NCBI GenBank assembly: GCA_964610745.1
Contig: CAZSYL010000017.1
Coordinates: 1-44,087 of the forward strand
Length of the DNA stretch: 44,087 nt
Direction: 5' to 3'
DNA from: an uncultured Acidimicrobiales bacterium
Lineage (GTDB): Bacteria > Actinomycetota > Acidimicrobiia > Acidimicrobiales > SHLQ01
Shown here: positions 18,368-28,365 of the stretch, piece after piece
Position numbering within the stretch: the stretch's first letter is position 1
Layout: every line of letters starts with the position of its first letter
The notes under the pieces: model-generated
What the model saw: the letters and a program-made list of their open reading frames with translations, nothing else
Database searches by the model: none
What the model was told of the DNA's origin: nothing
Position numbers and translations under genes: made by a program

Positions 18368-20427
18368 CTGGCCTTTTCGACTTCGACGAGCGTGTCTCCA
18401 TACGAGGACCCGTTCCCAAACTCGGTATCTCCGGCATTGGTGAGATCATTGATCGACCCGACACCGGACCCATAGGACGAGTCCACGTGCCCCCAGGGCA
18501 CACTTACAACACCGGGACGAAGCCGGTCGGAGATCGCGACCGGTAGCACGAGAGAGCCTCGATCATTGAAGACCCTGGCCGAGTCCCCTTCGGAGAGCCC
18601 GCGTTCTGCCGCATCCACTGGGTCGAGCTCGACGTGTGGCTTTGTCTCGCGACCTGCGTGCTCAGCCAGGTTGGAATAGGAGGTGTTCAGAAACCTCGTT
18701 GCCTTCTTCGGGGTCTGGAGGTAGAGGCCGTACCCATCGGAGCGTTGCGCGCCGTCGATCTGATCGGGAGCAACCCACTCCGGCAAGCGGGTGACACCGA
18801 CGTTCTCGAAGGACTCGGCGACGAGCTCGGCCTTGCCCGATGACATATGAAATCCGCCCTCGGCATAGGGAAGATGATCGACCGGGTAGTCGGTCACTCG
18901 TACGAAGCCGTCCTTGCGGAGCAGTTCGAGATCGATATGGTCACCGACCATCAGCTCTATCTGTTCCATGTCGGAAAGGTGCAGTTGTGGCTGCTCGAAC
19001 CCGAATGCCGCCGCGAGACGGCGAAAGAGTTCGGTATTTGCAACCGCCTCACCCAACGGTTCGGTGGCGGGTTCGTTCCACCCAATCCACAGGTGACCCC
19101 AAGATGGCATGACCTCGAGCATCTCGGTCTCGGTCGCAGCCGGGAAGATCACGTCAGCGTACGCAGCGGTGTCGGTGACGAACTGTTCGCTCACAACGGT
19201 GAAGAGGTCCTCTCGCAGCAGCCCGTGGCGAATCGCGCCAGAATTTGGCATCGACAAAACGGGGTTGCCGTTCCAGATGAACAAGCCGTGGATGGGATCG
19301 TCGGGTTGGGTGAGCGTGTTGCCGAGGTCGGGCTGACGGAAGCGACGTCGTTCGCCACTATCTGGAGCTATCTCGCTCGCCAAGGCACCAACGGCTTGGA
19401 TGTCGACATCTTGAATCTCCGCCCACGAACCAACGCTGCGAGCAAAACCACCACCGAGCACCTTGTGAGACCCGGTGAGGACGGGGATCATCGAGAGAAG
19501 GCGGAAGATCGTTGGACCGGAGTGGTGATGCTCGGCTCCGATGAGTCCCCTCAGCATGGTCTTTGGCACGTTGCCGATCGACCGGGCTAGCTCGGTGATC
19601 ACCTCCACATCGAGTCCACACAGAGGCGCAGCCCACTCGGGGGTGTGACTCGATACGTGCTCGGCGAGCTCGCCGTATCCGGTGGAGTATGTGTTGATGT
19701 AGTCGTGATCGACCAGGTCTTCTGCAATGAGGACCTGGATGATTGCGAGCAACAAGGCAACATCGGTGCCCGGGAGCGGTTGCAGGTGCACGTCAGCTTT
19801 GTCAGCGGTGATGGTGCGAATTGGATCGACGACGGTGACCTTTGCGCCGCGAGCCTGCGCAGCCGAAACGGTTGGCCAGAAGTGACGATTCGTGAGGCGG
19901 GTGTTTGTTCCCCACAAGATGATGTGATCGGAGTACTCGGCCTGCAAGGGATCGGTGCCAAGGCCAGCGCCGTATACCGACGACATACCCCAGGACGCTG
20001 CCTCTCCACACACGCTTCCGTACGGGTTGCTCGATCCAAGCAGCGCAAAGAGGGCCTGTGACGTGCCCTGGTTCTGGATTGCACCTTGTGTGCCCGCCGA
20101 CCACCACGGAAGGATGGCCTCGCCCCCGTGCTCGTCACGAATTCGGTTGAATTCGGTCACGACCGTTGCGAGGGCTTCTTCCCATGTGGCCTCGCGGAAC
20201 TCGCCCGATCCCTTCGGACCGGTCCGGATCAGTGGATGAAGGACTCGATCCTCGTGGTTGACGCGATGCACGAACTTCGAGACCTTCGGGCACAGCTCAC
20301 CCTTTGAAAACGGGTGTTCGGGGTTACCACGTAGCTGCGTCAAGACTCCATCGACAGACGTCGCCACCCACCCGCAACTGTCAGGACAGTCGTGGTGACA
20401 CGTACCGAGAACTTCAATCGTTGCCAT
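18364..20427 (-). CDS. Molybdopterin (DMSO reductase superfamily) oxidoreductase, single subunit
   Basis: CHHDCPDSC...LC Fe-S motif, PLPGTDVAL, TDTAAYADVIFPA, C-terminal DAAERGL..GD...FNDRG; no Tat signal. Confidence 0.9.
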   Translation of the reverse strand: MATIEVLGTCHHDCPDSCGWVATSVDGVLTQLRGNPEHPFSKGELCPKVSKFVHRVNHEDRVLHPLIRTGPKGSGEFREATWEEALATVVTEFNRIRDEHGGEAILPWWSAGTQGAIQNQGTSQALFALLGSSNPYGSVCGEAASWGMSSVYGAGLGTDPLQAEYSDHIILWGTNTRLTNRHFWPTVSAAQARGAKVTVVDPIRTITADKADVHLQPLPGTDVALLLAIIQVLIAEDLVDHDYINTYSTGYGELAEHVSSHTPEWAAPLCGLDVEVITELARSIGNVPKTMLRGLIGAEHHHSGPTIFRLLSMIPVLTGSHKVLGGGFARSVGSWAEIQDVDIQAVGALASEIAPDSGERRRFRQPDLGNTLTQPDDPIHGLFIWNGNPVLSMPNSGAIRHGLLREDLFTVVSEQFVTDTAAYADVIFPAATETEMLEVMPSWGHLWIGWNEPATEPLGEAVANTELFRRLAAAFGFEQPQLHLSDMEQIELMVGDHIDLELLRKDGFVRVTDYPVDHLPYAEGGFHMSSGKAELVAESFENVGVTRLPEWVAPDQIDGAQRSDGYGLYLQTPKKATRFLNTSYSNLAEHAGRETKPHVELDPVDAAERGLSEGDSARVFNDRGSLVLPVAISDRLRPGVVSVPWGHVDSSYGSGVGSINDLTNAGDTEFGNGSSYGDTLVEVEKAS

Positions 20428-20492
20428 TATCAGATGCTAGAGGAACAAATAGGCGACCAGATTCCGTCCCGTACATCGTCTAGTGAATAAGG

Positions 20493-21767
20493 ATGGACCT
20501 GATGGGACAAGGACACAGCCACGCTCATGGTCACGATCACCAGGGCGGGTGGGACGAATGGCTGACTTCGACGCGTCTGCGATTGGTAATTGCCGGCCTT
20601 GCCATCTCCCTGATCGCAGCACTCGTCGGCTTGGTGGCACTGTGGCCAACGGGTCAGGGCACCGAGGACGCAATCGCCGCAGCTGAAGAGATCGGGCTCT
20701 CCACCCAACGCATCGCGGCGAACATCGTTTCGTCAGAGACTGAATCGTGCAGCTATTCGACGCCCGAATTCCCCCAGACGTGCCGACTGCTCGTACTCGA
20801 CCTGCTCGAGGGACCCGATGCAGGCACTGTTCTAGTTCTCCCCGAACTGAACCTCGAGATCGAACGGGGCGTGCCCGAATTTGAACCAGGCGATGAAGTC
20901 GTTCTGGGTTTCATCCCGAGCACCAACACGTACTTTTACGAGGATCAGGCCCGGATCACTCCCCTCTTGGCCCTCGCGGTACTTTTCGCGATCATCGTCA
21001 TCGCCTTTGGTCGGGCACGAGGCCTGCTAGCGCTCTTTGCAATGGTGGTGACCCTGGCAGTGCTTGTGGGCTTTGTCGCCCCGTCCGTTCTCGATGGGAA
21101 CGACCCTGTTCTCGTCGCGCTCATTGCTGCGACGATCATTGCCTTCGTCAGCCTGTTCTTAACCCACGGATTCTCTCCGACGACCGTCGTGGCACTCGCC
21201 GGAACGTTAAGCGCGCTCGGATTGACCTTTGTCCTGTCGTGGATCTTCTTCGGTCTGTCCAAGTTCACTGGCTTCTCAAGCACCGAATCGCTTGTACTTC
21301 CCGTCCTCAACCAAGATCTCCAACTCAGCTCGCTTCTCCTCGGTGGTGCGATCATTGGCGCGCTTGGTGCGCTCGACGACGTCACGGTCACCCAGGTTTC
21401 TTTGGTGAGCGAGTTGCGGCGCAGCAATCCCAACATGACATCTACTCGTTTGATCACGTCGGGGCTTTCCGTCGGCCGCGACCACATCGCCGCTACCGTC
21501 AACACGCTGTTGCTGGCCTATGCCGGTGCGAGCCTGCCGATTCTGTTGCTGTTCGCTGCGTCCGAACAATCGCTCGCACAGGTGGCGAACTCCGAGATCA
21601 TCGCCGTGGAGATCGTCCGAACCCTGACCGGCTCGATAGGACTTATCGGCGCGGTTCCGCTGACGACCGCCCTGGCAGCGTCGATTCTGCCGCCAGCATC
21701 AACTGACGATGGCGACGATCTTGAAGAACAACCCAGCTGGGACGACTTCGCCCCCGACGAGGCGTAG
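20493..21767 (+). CDS. YibE/F-family membrane protein
   Basis: His-rich N-terminus, GALDDVTVTQ, GRDHIAATVNTLLLAYAGASLP, EIVRTL.GSIG. Confidence 0.92.
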   Translation: MDLMGQGHSHAHGHDHQGGWDEWLTSTRLRLVIAGLAISLIAALVGLVALWPTGQGTEDAIAAAEEIGLSTQRIAANIVSSETESCSYSTPEFPQTCRLLVLDLLEGPDAGTVLVLPELNLEIERGVPEFEPGDEVVLGFIPSTNTYFYEDQARITPLLALAVLFAIIVIAFGRARGLLALFAMVVTLAVLVGFVAPSVLDGNDPVLVALIAATIIAFVSLFLTHGFSPTTVVALAGTLSALGLTFVLSWIFFGLSKFTGFSSTESLVLPVLNQDLQLSSLLLGGAIIGALGALDDVTVTQVSLVSELRRSNPNMTSTRLITSGLSVGRDHIAATVNTLLLAYAGASLPILLLFAASEQSLAQVANSEIIAVEIVRTLTGSIGLIGAVPLTTALAASILPPASTDDGDDLEEQPSWDDFAPDEA

Positions 21768-21835
21768 TAGCACCGAGGTAGTGCTCCTCTCGTCTCATTC
21801 GTCGCAGTGGGTGCGAGCACGTACTGCAAGCTCAA

Positions 21836-21849
21836 CGAGCACCTGTTCG
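21836..21849. promoter_or_regulatory. Possible LexA (Gram-positive type) box
   Basis: CGAACAGGTGCTCG on the minus strand, one mismatch from CGAAC-N4-GTTCG; lies between two convergent genes. Confidence 0.3.
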
Positions 21850-21903
21850 ATTATCAAGTCGTAGATTATGGCTCGCACGTTTTCTGGACAGGCTCGCCAG
21901 CGG

Positions 21904-23721
21904 TTAGATATCCAACGGGTCGACTTCGATACGGATTCGTTCGGCGGGCCGTTCGGTGGCGTTCAGCACATCGAGCAGGTCGTCGTGGGTTGGTGCACTG
22001 AGCCTCCATCGATCGTCCTGGCGCCGGAACTGGACCTCATCATTGCGGCCTGACGCTGCTACGACCGCCTCTGCTTCCTCGATGAACTCAGCGGCACCAG
22101 CACCTGACACCAGCGCCCACGCTCCGTATGGAGGCTGCTGGAAGACCTGTCGGACGTCTCGCTGAGCTGTGGCAACGCTCCCTGGGTCCCCGTGCACTGC
22201 GGCCTGAACGACGACGTCGTTCGGACGGCGCGTTTGTATGAAGATTCGTCCGCCATTGATCCGCGGGCCAACCAACCGAGCTGCGATTGCAAGCAATCCG
22301 AACGCGTCTTCGCCAGCCCGATACCGTGGCATGGCGAGCTCTTGATCAAAGTCGAGGAACACGACAGCTCGGGCGCGCTCCATGCGGTGAAGAATTGCTT
22401 CGGTCCCGATGAACAAGCCATTACTCGCCAGGTCGGCCGGAGCGCTGTCGGCCGACACCTCGATGACCTCACGCTTGGCCAGGATGGCAAGGTCCTCTGC
22501 GAGCCGAGAAATGCCGGGTCGCAAGTGTTTCATGTGTGTGCTGTTGCATTCGCCGCACACCTTTGGACGAGTCGTGTTGTCCCGGTGACACACCAGCGAA
22601 CCATCGTCTGCCTCAGCGAGAGAGCCACCACAGGTCTCGCAAGCAGCGAGCGCATTGCAGGTCGCGCACGCCAACATTCGAGCTCGACCCTTGCGATTGA
22701 GGATCACGGCGATTGGACCCTCGCTTCGGATCACGTCGACGATCGACCCGGTCAACAAACCGGGCGTGTCCTGGGTCCGCAGGTCGACGACCGTAATGTT
22801 TGGCCAGGCCGCCCGAGAGGCGGCCGCACTCGGTACGAGGGAGTGGTCAGCTGCCCGAAGTGCCTCCAGCGACGGCGCTGGCGATACAAGCACACACGGC
22901 GCGCCAACCCGCCGAGCTCGTTCGATTGCGACATCTCGGCCGTTCCAGCTCGGCGTGCGTTCAGACTTGTATGCCGAATCATGCTCATCGAGCACCACAA
23001 CTGCGTCAACCGCCGGGATCGGCGCAAACGCGGCGCTTCTTGTACCGATCGTCAGCGCGCCCGATGCCGACTGCGCCCACTGGTCGGGGTATTCCGCAAC
23101 CGGTACGCCTGCCTGTCGCAGGTCTCGAGCGAGCCGTGAGCGCCATTTGATCGTCGGGACCAACACGAGACCCTGCCCCCTCGACGCCGCCCACATCGCT
23201 AGCGACACATCGTTGCCTTGACCAGGTTCGCGAATCGATGTGACCCCGTCCTGAATCCGCAGCGCCCACGGCTCGATCGTCCTGTCGTACTCCCTAGTCC
23301 ACCAGTCCCTATCACCTCGAGGCCGAATGATCGGCACCATCTTCGGCGGCGACGCAGCGCGCAGGAAGTGTGGCAAACGCCCTGCCCAACGCCACGCAGC
23401 CCACTCGGCGAGCTTGATCACATCCGCTGGAGGCCCGACGCTCGACCACTTCGACAAGGGGCGCACATCGACAGAGGAATCGTGGGGCACATCGACAGCG
23501 GTGACCCAACCTGCGGTCCGACGACCGCTGAAGTCGACCCGCACCATGGAGCCGACCCCGACCTTGTCTGCGCGACCATCGTCTTCCCATGCAGCCGGCA
23601 CCTCGTAGGTGAACGACCGGCCGACAGAGGTGATGTCGGGCTGCACCTCGACGAGACAGCCAGCCGGGCGCGCAAATTGCGCCCCGCCCGCAGTCTCAAA
23701 TCCCGGAAGCCGATCCGTCAC
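21904..23721 (-). CDS. priA: Replication restart protein PriA (no recognisable Walker A)
   Basis: N-terminal FTYEVP...GSMVRVDF, IGTRSAAFAP, LNRKG, Cys-rich Zn region, C-terminal RIEVDPLDI; follows metK. Confidence 0.9.
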   Translation of the reverse strand: MTDRLPGFETAGGAQFARPAGCLVEVQPDITSVGRSFTYEVPAAWEDDGRADKVGVGSMVRVDFSGRRTAGWVTAVDVPHDSSVDVRPLSKWSSVGPPADVIKLAEWAAWRWAGRLPHFLRAASPPKMVPIIRPRGDRDWWTREYDRTIEPWALRIQDGVTSIREPGQGNDVSLAMWAASRGQGLVLVPTIKWRSRLARDLRQAGVPVAEYPDQWAQSASGALTIGTRSAAFAPIPAVDAVVVLDEHDSAYKSERTPSWNGRDVAIERARRVGAPCVLVSPAPSLEALRAADHSLVPSAAASRAAWPNITVVDLRTQDTPGLLTGSIVDVIRSEGPIAVILNRKGRARMLACATCNALAACETCGGSLAEADDGSLVCHRDNTTRPKVCGECNSTHMKHLRPGISRLAEDLAILAKREVIEVSADSAPADLASNGLFIGTEAILHRMERARAVVFLDFDQELAMPRYRAGEDAFGLLAIAARLVGPRINGGRIFIQTRRPNDVVVQAAVHGDPGSVATAQRDVRQVFQQPPYGAWALVSGAGAAEFIEEAEAVVAASGRNDEVQFRRQDDRWRLSAPTHDDLLDVLNATERPAERIRIEVDPLDI

Positions 23722-23749
23722 GGCGACAACCTACAGGTGATGTGTGACG

Positions 23750-24946
23750 CTAGAGGCCGAGAGCGCTCTTGAGGTCGGCGGCTCGGTCGGTGTTTTCCCA
23801 GGTGAAGCCGTCACCGCTACGACCGAAGTGGCCGTATGCCGCGGTTGGCGAGTAGATGGGTCGACGCAGGTCGAGGTCGCGCAGAATTGCGCCCGGACGC
23901 AGGTCGAAGACCTCGTTCACCGCATCGGCAATCGCCGCGGGGTCGACGGTCTCGGTGCCAAAGGTCTCGACGAGAACTGACATTGGTCGAGCCATGCCGA
24001 TGGCGTACGCGACCTGGACCTCACAGCGCTTTGCCGCGCCACAGGCAACAACGTTCTTTGCAACCCAGCGGGTTGCATAGGCTGCCGAACGGTCGACCTT
24101 GCTTGGATCCTTGCCCGAGAAAGCACCGCCACCATGGCGACCCATACCGCCATAGGTGTCGACGATAATCTTGCGGCCGGTCAAGCCAGCATCACCAACC
24201 GGACCACCGATAACGAAACGGCCGGTCGGGTTGACGTGAACTTCGTAGTCGTCATCTTTGAATTGCTCCGGGATGACCGGCTTGATGACGTTCTCGATGA
24301 GGTCAGGGCGGATCATCGACTCGCGGTCGATGCCATCGTTGTGCTGGGTCGAGATCAGGACGGTGCTCAGACGCACAGGAACGTTGTTCTCGTATTCGAA
24401 GGTGACCTGGGTCTTGCCGTCGGGGCGAAGGTACGGCACCTTGCCGGACTTACGTACGGCAGCGAGTTGCTCGGCCATACGGTGCGCCACGTGGATTGGC
24501 ATGGGCATGAGGACGTCGGTCTCGTCGCTGGCGTAACCGAACATCATGCCCTGGTCGCCTGCACCCTGCTTATCGAGGTCGTCCTCGGAGCTGCCGCCGC
24601 GCTCCTCTTCGGAGTCGTCCACACCCTGGGCAATATCGGCCGACTGCTCGTCGATCGCCACCATGACACCGCAGGTGTTGCCATCAAAACCGAACGATTC
24701 GCGGTCATAGCCAATGCGGTTGATCGTCTTTCGAACGATCGAAGGAATGTCGACGTAGTCACCGCTCGTCGTGATCTCGCCCGCAACCATCGCAAGTCCC
24801 GTGGTTACGAGGGTCTCGCACGCGACACGAGCGAGGGGGTCCTGCTCAAGGAACGCATCGAGGATGGCATCAGAAATCTGATCGGACATCTTGTCGGGGT
24901 GACCCTCGGTCACCGACTCGGACGTGAAACTGAAGTTCTCTGGCAC
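23750..24946 (-). CDS. metK: S-adenosylmethionine synthetase
   Basis: [49 protein letters not shown]. Confidence 0.99.
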   Translation of the reverse strand: MPENFSFTSESVTEGHPDKMSDQISDAILDAFLEQDPLARVACETLVTTGLAMVAGEITTSGDYVDIPSIVRKTINRIGYDRESFGFDGNTCGVMVAIDEQSADIAQGVDDSEEERGGSSEDDLDKQGAGDQGMMFGYASDETDVLMPMPIHVAHRMAEQLAAVRKSGKVPYLRPDGKTQVTFEYENNVPVRLSTVLISTQHNDGIDRESMIRPDLIENVIKPVIPEQFKDDDYEVHVNPTGRFVIGGPVGDAGLTGRKIIVDTYGGMGRHGGGAFSGKDPSKVDRSAAYATRWVAKNVVACGAAKRCEVQVAYAIGMARPMSVLVETFGTETVDPAAIADAVNEVFDLRPGAILRDLDLRRPIYSPTAAYGHFGRSGDGFTWENTDRAADLKSALGL

Positions 24947-25038
24947 GGGGTTATACCTTCTTGGCCGTTGCGTTGGGCCTGATCGTTGTTTCGATGCGCG
25001 GCCTTGATTCTAATTGGAGTTACATCGAAGTGAGTCTG

Positions 25039-26238
25039 TTACGGGAGGGTTGTTTGAACCCGTACGACAGCATCGAAGATCGCATCAGCGACCACCCGTT
25101 TCGAGCTAAGTGGTACCTCAATTTGGCTGTCGTCGCCAACCAGGATGGTCACTTTGTTGGTGTCGTGGGCAAAGCCGACATCGGGAGCGGACACATCGTT
25201 CGCAACGATCAGGTCGAGACGTTTCCGTTCGAGCTTGCCCTTTGCGTTTTCCAGCAGGTCCTCGGTCTCGGCCGCAAAGCCGACGAGCACCTGACCGTCG
25301 GGTTTGCCCTCGCCGAGCTCGACGAGGAAGTCGTGTGTCTTTTCCAGTTCGATCTGCGGCACGTCATCGCCGGACTTCTTGATCTTGTGATCTGCTGGAT
25401 CCTTCGGACGGAAGTCCGCAACCGCTGCAGCCATGACGATGACATCGGCGTTGCGGACATCCATGACCGCCTTCTCCATCTCCGAAGCGGTCTGCACCGA
25501 GACGACATTGACGCCGACAGGTGCCTCGAGCTGTGCGGTGCTGATCAGCGTGACCTCAGCACCGCGCGCCCACGCCGCCTCGGCAAGCGCGTATCCCTGC
25601 TTGCCCGTCGAACGGTTCGAGATGACCCGCACGGCGTCGATTGGCTCGGAGGTACCGCCAGCGGTAATCACCACGTGGCGCCCAGCAAGATCTCCCGCAG
25701 CCAAAACACGTTCGGCGTGGGCCACGATCGTCCGTGGTGCGGCCAAGCGTCCAAAGCCGACGTCACCGCCAGCGAGCCGACCCGGTTCTGCGGGAACGAT
25801 GTGCACGCCCCGGCTGGCCAGAACGTCCAGGTTCTCCTGTACGGCTGGATGTTCCCACATCTCGGTGTGCATCGCTGGCGCGAGCAGGACGGGCGCAGCA
25901 GTTGCGATCAGTGTCGTGGTCAACAGGTCCGCCGAGCGGCCGGTTCGGTAGTCGGAGAGTACCCGAGCTGTTGCGGGGGCCACGACGATCAGGTCGGCGC
26001 TCTGACCGAGTTTGGTATGAGGAATAGGGCTCGTCTCGTCCCACAGGCTGGTCTGTACCTTCTCCGACGCCAACGCATCAAAGGTCGTCCGGCCAACGAA
26101 ATGCTCAGCACCCTCGGTGAGGACCGGTACGACGTGAGCACCTGCATCGACGAGCCGACGGCTCACTTCGACCGCCTTATATGCAGCAATACCGCCCGTG
26201 ACGCCGAGGACTACCCGCGCACCGTCGAGAGCGGACAT
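25039..26238 (-). CDS. coaBC: Phosphopantothenoylcysteine decarboxylase/ligase
   Basis: GVTGGIAAYK, APATA, PAMHTEMW, ITAGGT.EPIDAVR.ISNRSTGKQG, VGFAAET. Confidence 0.97.
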   Translation of the reverse strand: MSALDGARVVLGVTGGIAAYKAVEVSRRLVDAGAHVVPVLTEGAEHFVGRTTFDALASEKVQTSLWDETSPIPHTKLGQSADLIVVAPATARVLSDYRTGRSADLLTTTLIATAAPVLLAPAMHTEMWEHPAVQENLDVLASRGVHIVPAEPGRLAGGDVGFGRLAAPRTIVAHAERVLAAGDLAGRHVVITAGGTSEPIDAVRVISNRSTGKQGYALAEAAWARGAEVTLISTAQLEAPVGVNVVSVQTASEMEKAVMDVRNADVIVMAAAVADFRPKDPADHKIKKSGDDVPQIELEKTHDFLVELGEGKPDGQVLVGFAAETEDLLENAKGKLERKRLDLIVANDVSAPDVGFAHDTNKVTILVGDDSQIEVPLSSKRVVADAIFDAVVRVQTTLP

Positions 26239-26244
26239 GTGTTG

Positions 26245-26574
26245 CTACTTGTCGTTCAGCTTGTCGAGCTCTGCGGCGAGTGCTTCTGCATCGGCCTTTG
26301 CTTGAGCTTCCGCCAAGGCTTCGGCTTCGAAATCGCGGTCGACTCCCTGGATCTTGCCAACGGAGATCTCCTCGAAGGCGATCGACAGTGGCTTGCGAGC
26401 CGTCGAGGTCACCTGTGGCGGGATGCTGGAACCAAGACCCTCACCCAACTGACCGAAATAGGCGTTGATCTGGCGAGCGCGTCGCGAGCCAAGGGTGACG
26501 AGGCGGAACTTTGAGCCAGCGGCTTCGAGCAGGCTTTCGACCTGCGGATCGATCATCGACGCGTTGTCACTCAT
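26245..26574 (-). CDS. rpoZ: RNA polymerase omega subunit
   Basis: SKFRLV...RRARQINAY...KPLSIAFEEI; between gmk and coaBC. Confidence 0.95.
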   Translation of the reverse strand: MSDNASMIDPQVESLLEAAGSKFRLVTLGSRRARQINAYFGQLGEGLGSSIPPQVTSTARKPLSIAFEEISVGKIQGVDRDFEAEALAEAQAKADAEALAAELDKLNDK

Positions 26575-26643
26575 GTTGGATGCTCCAGAGGGTGGGTCGG
26601 CGCAAACACTATTGGAGGCGCCAGCGTTTGAGGATATCAGCGT

Positions 26644-27198
26644 TCAGGGCGAACACGAGGCACGGTAGTCGGCAATGATCCGGGCAACCTCGGCCGCGCT
26701 GTCGTCCACATCGGCGTTCAAGACGTAGACATAGGGCAACTCGGCGGCAAGTTCTCGCTCAGCAGATCCCCCCGCCATCCGCTCCTCGACCTTCTCGGGC
26801 GGGTCACCTCGGCCGGATAGTCGTTCTCGCTGGATATCGAGCGACGGTGCATCAATGAACACGTAGAGTGCGCCGAACCCGTTCTCATGGATCTGCTGGG
26901 CACCGTTGACATCGATCTCCAGAATCAGGTCGCGCTCCTCATCAGCAGCTGGGACCGGTGATCCGTAATAGTTACCGAAGTGATGATCCCATTCGAGAAA
27001 CGAACCGTTCTCGATCGCAGCCTCAAATTCCGCTATTGAAACGAAACTGTAGGCATCCTCGGCCTCACCTGGACGCCGATCCCGGGTTGTCCACGAGCGG
27101 GACAGGGCGAGCTCGGCGTTGTTGGCGAGGAGCCGCGAGACGACGGTTCCTTTGCCCACCCCGCCAGGGCCGGAGATGACGATGATCGAACCTGGCAT
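26644..27198 (-). CDS. gmk: Guanylate kinase
   Basis: ISGPGGVGKGT, SWTTR.RRPGE, NYYG, LEIDVNGA; start moved to ATG 27198. Confidence 0.96.
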   Translation of the reverse strand: MPGSIIVISGPGGVGKGTVVSRLLANNAELALSRSWTTRDRRPGEAEDAYSFVSIAEFEAAIENGSFLEWDHHFGNYYGSPVPAADEERDLILEIDVNGAQQIHENGFGALYVFIDAPSLDIQRERLSGRGDPPEKVEERMAGGSAERELAAELPYVYVLNADVDDSAAEVARIIADYRASCSP

Positions 27199-27214
27199 TA
27201 CATCGAACCCACAA

Positions 27215-27532
27215 TCACAGTGCGTGACTCGCAATCGCGCTCGGGAGTGCATCGATCGAGGCGACAGGAACATCGGAGATGAGGGCCGCCTCATCAATGC
27301 CAAGATCGGCAAAGGCACGCCTCGTCGAGACCTTCCCGGTCTCAGGAAGTGCCTCTATTGCGGGCAGCACCTTCATCTTTGAGAGCACCGGATCGTCGGC
27401 TGCGCGCGAGAACACCTCGGCGAGCGACGCCGACCCGGTGTTCAGCTCGGCGACGAAAGCATCGCGATGCGCCTTTACCTCCGCTATGGAAGCAAAAAGC
27501 TGCACATACTTGTCGTCGTCGAACATAGACAC
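27215..27532 (-). CDS. Divergent actinobacterial integration host factor (mIHF/sIHF)-like protein
   Basis: SLAEVF..A.DDPVLSKMKV..AIEALPETGKV.....LGI core and pyrF-X-gmk synteny; basic flanks missing. Confidence 0.75.
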   Translation of the reverse strand: MSMFDDDKYVQLFASIAEVKAHRDAFVAELNTGSASLAEVFSRAADDPVLSKMKVLPAIEALPETGKVSTRRAFADLGIDEAALISDVPVASIDALPSAIASHAL

Positions 27533-27613
27533 ACCACGATTCTAACCGGTTCGACCCCGCTAGCCCCGGAGCATCAATTGCCATCACGCTCGGACGCTGA
27601 TTGCTGGAACGGG

Positions 27614-28318
27614 TCAGCTCAGGCAGGAATCCACGATGCTCTCCGCGGCGGCAACGCGGTCTTCGGCGAGCGTGACCGCACGGCCGATGACGAGAAGGTC
27701 AGAGCCGTTATCGAGAGCGACCTTTGGTGTCGCGACACGAACCTGATCGTGATGGGCTGCTCCCTCAGGACGAATACCGGGAGTGACACCGAAGAGACGA
27801 GGAGCGTACTGCTTGGCTTCCTTCACATCGTTTGGTCCTGTGACCAAACCGCCCATGCCCGCTTCGACGGCGAGGCCTACACGTGCTGGCATGATGTGTT
27901 CGGGAGCATCGGCGTCGGAGGTCAGCACGGTGATAGCGAGTGGAATCGGCTCGTCGAGGCCGGCTTCAGCTGCCCCTTCTCGCAGCCCGCGGGCACCAGC
28001 CGACAGAACGTCGATGCCGCCCTGGGCGTGATACGTCGCGTACTTCACCCCAAGCGCACCGAGCACACGGGATGCCTTCTCGACCGTAGTTGGGATGTCG
28101 TACATCTTCAGGTCGATGAACACGTCGTAACCCAAGCCGATGAGGATTCCGATCGCATCGGTTCCGGCCGCGGTAAAGAGCTCGAGACCGACTTTCGCCA
28201 CCCCAAACCATGGCGACAGTTCACGGGCGATGCGAACGGCTTCGACCATGTCATCGACGTCGAGGGCGACGCAGAGCTTGCTCCGGAGTTCGATGTCTAC
28301 GGTGTCCATGGTGTCCAT
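27614..28318 (-). CDS. pyrF: Orotidine-5'-phosphate decarboxylase
   Basis: VALD, KVGLEL, DLKMYDIPTTV, TVLTS, TPGIR, VIGR. Confidence 0.96.
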   Translation of the reverse strand: MDTMDTVDIELRSKLCVALDVDDMVEAVRIARELSPWFGVAKVGLELFTAAGTDAIGILIGLGYDVFIDLKMYDIPTTVEKASRVLGALGVKYATYHAQGGIDVLSAGARGLREGAAEAGLDEPIPLAITVLTSDADAPEHIMPARVGLAVEAGMGGLVTGPNDVKEAKQYAPRLFGVTPGIRPEGAAHHDQVRVATPKVALDNGSDLLVIGRAVTLAEDRVAAAESIVDSCLS

Positions 28319-28365
28319 GATTTCTTTCCTATTCGGGGTCTCAGATGTGGAGGGTACGGGAACAA

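Noticed and set aside
5369-20427. mog and the molybdoenzyme as one dedicated system
   Set aside because: About 12 kb apart with unrelated genes in between; no shared regulatory motif seen.
24947-25012. SAM riboswitch in the metK leader
   Set aside because: The leader after TAGAAT is only about 55 nt and I could not match any SAM riboswitch class.
25760-25800. CoaBC lacking the usual Cys in the decarboxylase clamp (GRLAGG)
   Set aside because: A Cys-less clamp is, to my recollection, usual in actinobacterial CoaBC; not evidence of inactivation.
24961-26514. 517-aa plus-strand ORF
   Set aside because: Antisense to coaBC and rpoZ; no recognisable domain.
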